The notes under the pieces: model-generated | Seen by the model: the letters and a program-made list of their open reading frames with translations, nothing else | Databases searched by the model: none | Told to the model about the DNA's origin: nothing | IMG/VR virus record: IMGVR_UViG_3300031867_000032 | Coordinates: 1 to 64,000 of that record | From: a virus | Lineage: Duplodnaviria > Caudoviricetes | Strand: one strand, 5' to 3' | DNA: 64,000 bases | Position numbers and translations under genes: made by a program | Shown: positions 59,480 through 64,000 of the stretch, piece after piece | Numbering within the stretch: position 1 is the first letter of the stretch | Layout: each line of letters opens with the position of its first letter

Positions 59480-61009
59480 GTGAAAGAACCCGTCATTGAT
59501 GTTTCACATTGAGACGGTACAGTAGATTACGCCTCATGGATTGCTAAACACAATCTATGGGGCGTTATTGTCAAATGTGGCGGCAATGAAACAAAATTAG
59601 GTCGCTATACTGACTCTCAATATGAAAATAATTACAAACGTGCAAAGGCCGCAGGTCTTCATGTTGGTGCGTATTATTATACTGTTTGCACTTCTGTAGC
59701 AGAAGCTAAGAAGGACGCAGAGCATGTTATTGGACTATTACAAGGTCATGATTTTGATATGCCAATTTATATGGATGTAGAAGATCCTCGTCAGTTTAAA
59801 CTTTCAAAACGTGAATTAACTGACGTAATTAAAACTTTTTGTGATGCTTTAATTGATGCTGGATATTATGCAGGTCTTTATACTGGTGGGTATGCTTGAT
59901 TAAATAATATGTATAAAGATGAATTAGATGATTATGCTAATTGAATTGCTTGATGGCGAGCATCTTGGCCTACAGAAGCTGGCCCTATCGGTTTATGGCA
60001 ACAAGGTACAAGACGTTTAAGTACTGGTGAAATTTATTATGATGATGTATCTGGTGCTACCGATTTTAGTTGATGCGTAATTGATTATCCTGCCCGCATT
60101 AAAGCTAATCAAAAGAAAGAAACTAACGAAAATAGTGATTCTAAGGAGTCAACAGTGGCAGATAACAGACTTACAAAATTCTGTAATATAATGTATACTG
60201 CATGTGCTGAATGATCTCTTGGTTATGATCAATACAATCGTTGAGATATTCGCGATGGTGGTGAATGCGACTGTAGCTCATTAGTTATTTGAGCAGCACA
60301 ACAAGCTGGATTTGATACAGGTTCCGCATCATATACTGGAAATATGTCTAGTAATTTTACAGCTCGTGGATGACAACGCATTCCCGCAGATTTATCTCAA
60401 GCTAGACCTGGCGATATTTTATTAAATGATACTTACCATACTGCCGCAGTAATTTCTGGTTATGGTTGGGATGCTAAAATTGCACAAGCGTCTATTGATG
60501 AACGTGGTCGTGCAACTGGCGGCTCTGAAGGGGATCAAACTGGAAATGAAACTAATGTAAAAGGTATTTATACCTACGGTCGTGGTTGAGATTGTATTCT
60601 TCGTTTTACTGGAGAATCAACTTCCGGTGCAGATACAGACAATTATATCATTAAATTAGATGTTGACGGGGCGGGCGGCCCTGCGACAGTTAGAGCTTGA
60701 CAAATTTCTCTAGGCACAGAAACTGATGGAGTTATTTCCGGTCAAGTTTATGATAGTAGAGATTATTTCTGAGCAATGAACGCAGTAACTTTTGAGCATA
60801 GTGGCTCTGCTTTAGTACGTGCTGTTCAACGTAAAGTTGGTGCAGACGTTGATGGTTACTGAGGTCCTGCGACTTCAAGAGCAATTCAAAACTTCTTAAT
60901 TGAACATGGTTTTGATGTAGGCGACGCAGGAGCAGACGGTTACTTTGGAACTGATTCTGTAAAAGCTTTGCAACGTTCTCTTAATAGCTCTAATAATCCT
61001 TGAAAATAA
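59480..61009 (+). CDS. Endolysin, 509 aa: GH25 muramidase, CHAP/NlpC-P60-like domain and peptidoglycan-binding repeats
   Basis: GGAG RBS and GTG start; IDVSHWDG, VGAYYY, MDVED; CDCSSLV...PGDILLNDTYHTA; VDGxxGPAT repeats; about 14 in-frame TGA, so absent from the track. Confidence 0.9.
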
Positions 61010-61010
61010 A

Positions 61011-61050
61011 ATAAAGGGGTATACTCTTGTGAGTATACCCCTCTTTTTTT
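61011..61050. terminator. Bidirectional intrinsic terminator between convergent modules
   Basis: AGGGGTATACTC-TTGT-GAGTATACCCCT flanked by an A-rich run upstream and a T-tract downstream. Confidence 0.85.
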
Positions 61051-61701
61051 TTATCAATATTTTCCATAAATAAAAGCGTAACTGCCGCATTTTTCTCATG
61101 CTTTTTTAAATGTTTCTTTTGTAATACCTACTCTACTATTGGAGTTAATTAAATAAAAATATTCTAAATCTGATTTATAAATAACATAACACTCTCCATC
61201 ATATCAATGTTCACCAATCCAAACAATAATAGGATAATTATTTTCAGAACATTGACATAGATAAGTAAAACCTTTGTTACTAATATCTTGAGCAGATATA
61301 GGCCATTGTTCACCTGCTATATAAGCCATTGAAAAATTATAAAGCCACTCAGGTCTAATTTTACCTTCTTTTGGAACATCAGGATCATCTTCTTGTTCTA
61401 ACATATCTCAATAAAATTGATCAATATCTACATCATATCCTAACATTTTCATTGCCATAAAGAAACAACTTGTACTATCTGTATCAGTAAAATGGCCTTG
61501 AATATCTCGTTCTAAATTTTGCGGTTGAAGCTCAGGCTGTTTTACTGTGCTTCAATCTACAGGCATTTCATAAACAATAGGTTCTTCTACATTTTCAATA
61601 GTAGGTTCTGTAGGTCTAAAAAGGTATCATCTAGCAAAAAGAATATAAATTATAGCGACAATAATAATACTTAAACTAAAACGCAGATTTCAATTTTTCA
61701 T
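61051..61701 (-). CDS. Membrane-anchored protein with a possible degenerate C39-like peptidase fold, 216 aa
   Basis: N-terminal TM helix; TSCFFMAMKMLGYDVDI and YPIIVWI motifs; open with TGA=Trp. Confidence 0.4.
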
Positions 61702-62170
61702 CTTCTAAAATCCCTGCATATCCTAGACATATTGCATCCGCTTCATCCTCAGATGCAAATGATTTAAAATTATCTTCTACAAATTGTTTTGATTTTGCTT
61801 TTTGTTCAGCTCTAGTCCTACCAAATTTGATTCCATGTTTATTTTTAATTATACTACGTCAATGTGACGGAGTTAATTCTAAATTTTCAATTTGTTTTTG
61901 ACGAGATCAATAAATAACCATTGCTTGAATCATTGCTAATTTTTTATATGTTTCTGCATTGTTTTGATATTGAATCCCTTCAAAATAAATTTTCTCAGGA
62001 TGATAGGTTTCAATTAAAACATTAAATTCTCTGACAAAAGAATCTAATCTTTCCCCCATTGATTTATTGGCGGAGATTGAAAAATGACCAAACCCAATTA
62101 ATTTTTTGTTATCAAAAACTGCTCAACCAGTTGTACGGCTAGCTTGGTCAAGTGCTAACGTCCGCCGCAC
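61676..62170 (-). CDS. RuvC-like Holliday junction resolvase, 164 aa
   Basis: LALDQASRTTGWAVFD, IYFEGIQ and DEADAICLG catalytic motifs; three TGA; GTG start. Confidence 0.8.
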
Positions 62171-62172
62171 AA

Positions 62173-62649
62173 CTATGCACCTGTACTACCTAGGCCGCCA
62201 CGAGCCTCATTTCCAAGAGAAGGAACAGAAATAAAATTAATCTTAGGTTGTTCCTCTTGGATGCGGAATTGACAAAGTCGAGTTCCTTTAGGAATTGTAA
62301 CATCACGTGTTGCTAATACAGGCATCATCCATTGATCATCATCACCATTGTATGTAGAGTCAATAACTCCAATACTATTGGTTTGAAGAATACCCCAACG
62401 TTTAAAAGTAGAACTGCGGGGAGCTAAAATAGCTTCATAACCAAGTGGCAATTCCATTGCAAATCCTAGAGGAACGTAATCTCGCGTTCCAGCTTTTAAG
62501 CACATTTCTTCTGCTGTATAGCAATCAATCCAACTACCCCAGCCTTCTTGAGAAAGTTCTGGAGTAGTACCATAATATTTAACTTTAATTGGAACACTTC
62601 CAACATTATGTAGCATATTTAAAAAATTATCAGCTTCTTCTTTACTCAT
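62173..62649 (-). CDS. dut: Trimeric dUTPase, 158 aa
   Basis: Motifs LAPRSS, GVIDSTYNG, RLCQFRI, ARGGLGSTG; ATG coupled to the upstream stop. Confidence 0.9.
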   Translation of the reverse strand: MSKEEADNFLNMLHNVGSVPIKVKYYGTTPELSQEGWGSWIDCYTAEEMCLKAGTRDYVPLGFAMELPLGYEAILAPRSSTFKRWGILQTNSIGVIDSTYNGDDDQWMMPVLATRDVTIPKGTRLCQFRIQEEQPKINFISVPSLGNEARGGLGSTGA

Positions 62650-62948
62650 TAATCTTCCTCCCAAGGTGATAGCATATCTACAGAAACAACTTTCTGCATA
62701 TTAAATTCAATGTTATCAAGAGGAATATCAGGAGCTTTAGCATCATTAAATACTAGTACTACTTTGCAAATAAACCAAGATTCAACAATTTCTCCTTGAC
62801 TTTTTCTCGTTCTTAGAGTCTGAGTCCAAGAATTTAAAATATAATCATTGTCATGAGCAAATTTTTCGTAAAAACGATGTAGTTCATTAGCATCATTTTC
62901 ATCTTCTACTCTAATTTCATTTGTTGATTTAATAAGATATTTAATCAT
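62649..62948 (-). CDS. Hypothetical protein, 99 aa
   Basis: Intact ORF overlapping both neighbours. Confidence 0.65.
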   Translation of the reverse strand: MIKYLIKSTNEIRVEDENDANELHRFYEKFAHDNDYILNSWTQTLRTRKSQGEIVESWFICKVVLVFNDAKAPDIPLDNIEFNMQKVVSVDMLSPWEED

Positions 62949-63669
62949 TAATAATCCCTTCTATAAGATTTTGTATATAAGAAATATTTATTTTTTCTTT
63001 TTCAGTATAAGGTATCCTTATTAAAAGAATATTATTATTTTGACAATAATTATTTTTAACCTTATCTCAATATTGATTATTCTTTAAAGACTGTGGATCA
63101 TTCTGTCAACCAAAGAAATGCTGCTCTCCATCGTATTCAATAATTAAATTATATTGAGGTAAATAAAAATCAAATCTTAAAGGAACGTTATTATCAGAAA
63201 CTAATCCTGGAAAAGTTTTTTCTTTAATAAAAGGAATTTTTAATTCTTCTAAAGATTGTTTTATTTTAAATTCACCCAACGATTGTAAACATCCACAAGA
63301 TTTTTTATTACCAAATAACAATTGATAAGCTGAAACTTGTATGATAGATCCGCAATCACATTCACATTCTCATATTCCACCTATGCCTTGTCCTCCAGAT
63401 GAAATAAATTTTTTTACAGTTAATTTTCCAAAACGTTGTCCTGATAAATTATGACGATGTTCACCTAATTTATTTTTATGAAAAATACAATTATTTTCCC
63501 CACAAGTAGTTACTTTTCCAGAGGTTAAATCACCACCTCTTTTTAACACTTTATTTCCACAATCACATTGTAATTCTCATACAATTTTATTATTTCATCG
63601 TTCATCTGTTTTTCTTAAACAAAGTAAATGACCGAACCTTTGTCCAGTTAAATCTTTAAATCGGCCCAT
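62941..63669 (-). CDS. Putative homing-type endonuclease, 242 aa: two DL(T/S)GQRFG...W...CDCG repeats plus a Vsr/DUF559-like nuclease domain
   Basis: Single frame with TGA=Trp; LRFDFYLPQYNLIIEYDGEQHF and LLIRIPY motifs. Confidence 0.75.
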
Positions 63670-63671
63670 TT

Positions 63672-63923
63672 TTACTCGCTGTTCATTTTTGCTTTTACAA
63701 ACTCAAGTTGATTAGCCTGAGTTACAAAATGCTTAATATAATCCGCAGGTCCTCGATAATCAACTTCTACTTTTTCCTGCACACTATTAGAATAATTTTT
63801 TATAAATTCAATAGACTCTTGCGGAATACTAAGTTGAGAAATTTTATGCATATCTCCATTATCAAGTACCTCAAAAATTTGAGTAAAATCAACTGGATTA
63901 GTTAGAACAATTAATTTATGCAT
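63672..63923 (-). CDS. Hypothetical protein, 83 aa
   Basis: Intact ORF, start overlaps the upstream stop. Confidence 0.6.
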   Translation of the reverse strand: MHKLIVLTNPVDFTQIFEVLDNGDMHKISQLSIPQESIEFIKNYSNSVQEKVEVDYRGPADYIKHFVTQANQLEFVKAKMNSE

Positions 63924-64000
63924 TGCTAATCACCTTCTTTATATTTTCTACGTTTAAAACGGTATGATCTCAAAACGGAATTTGATAAAGTTTTAATCCA
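63916..64000 (-). CDS. C-terminal end of a gene truncated by the window edge (GLKLYQIPFWD..., Vsr/DUF559-like tail)
   Basis: Reads GLKLYQIPFWDHTVLNVENIKKVISNA* with TGA=Trp; resembles the C-termini of the 5073 and 62941 nucleases. Confidence 0.4.

Noticed and set aside
896-61009. Mass pseudogenisation or sequencing frameshifts suggested by the fragmented ORF track
   Set aside because: Fragments stay in the same frame and are interrupted only by TGA, never by TAA or TAG, and at Trp-conserved positions
896-64000. TGA=Gly (table 25) or selenocysteine
   Set aside because: TGA aligns with TGG between the two Hint copies and with conserved Trp motifs; no SECIS-type context or redox-Cys positions
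896-64000. Additional TAG=Gln recoding
   Set aside because: TAG ends many genes directly before the next RBS or start (1996, 10753, 11272, 34087, 47543) and is not found inside conserved domains
1-64000. Suppressor tRNA-Trp(UCA) or other tRNA genes
   Set aside because: No cloverleaf with a T-loop GTTCRA was recognised in any intergenic gap (205-600, 10044-10195, 14153-14284, 56809-56998, 57695-57827)

Overview
This window is the late (virion morphogenesis and lysis) half of a large, AT-rich siphovirus-type bacteriophage genome that reads TGA as tryptophan (translation table 4-like). The supplied ORF track uses the standard code and so cuts real genes into fragments. With TGA=Trp the fragments join into long, tightly packed genes that all end in TAA or TAG. 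Plus-strand order from 896 to 61009: putative HTH/Zn-finger regulator, Zn-finger protein, terminase large subunit, nuclease-like protein, portal, prohead protease/scaffold, head protein, major capsid, head-tail connectors, major tail protein, a 3118-aa tape measure protein, very large tail-tip/baseplate proteins, a long array of modular fibre/adhesin genes, holin and a GH25 endolysin. This order resembles SPbeta-like phages (inference). A convergent minus-strand block (membrane protein, RuvC-like resolvase, dUTPase, homing-type endonucleases) closes the window. The most striking observations are: (1) two tandem Hint (intein-like, HN-Lys) domains inside the tape measure protein; (2) a perfect bacterial parS palindrome at 184-199; (3) roughly tenfold, frame-independent over-representation of TGCGG/CCGCA; (4) TGA codons absent from the high-copy virion genes but dense in the first regulator and the endolysin. 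No tRNA, CRISPR array, integrase or reverse transcriptase was seen. Functional calls rest on motifs recognised by eye and on gene order, not on database searches.
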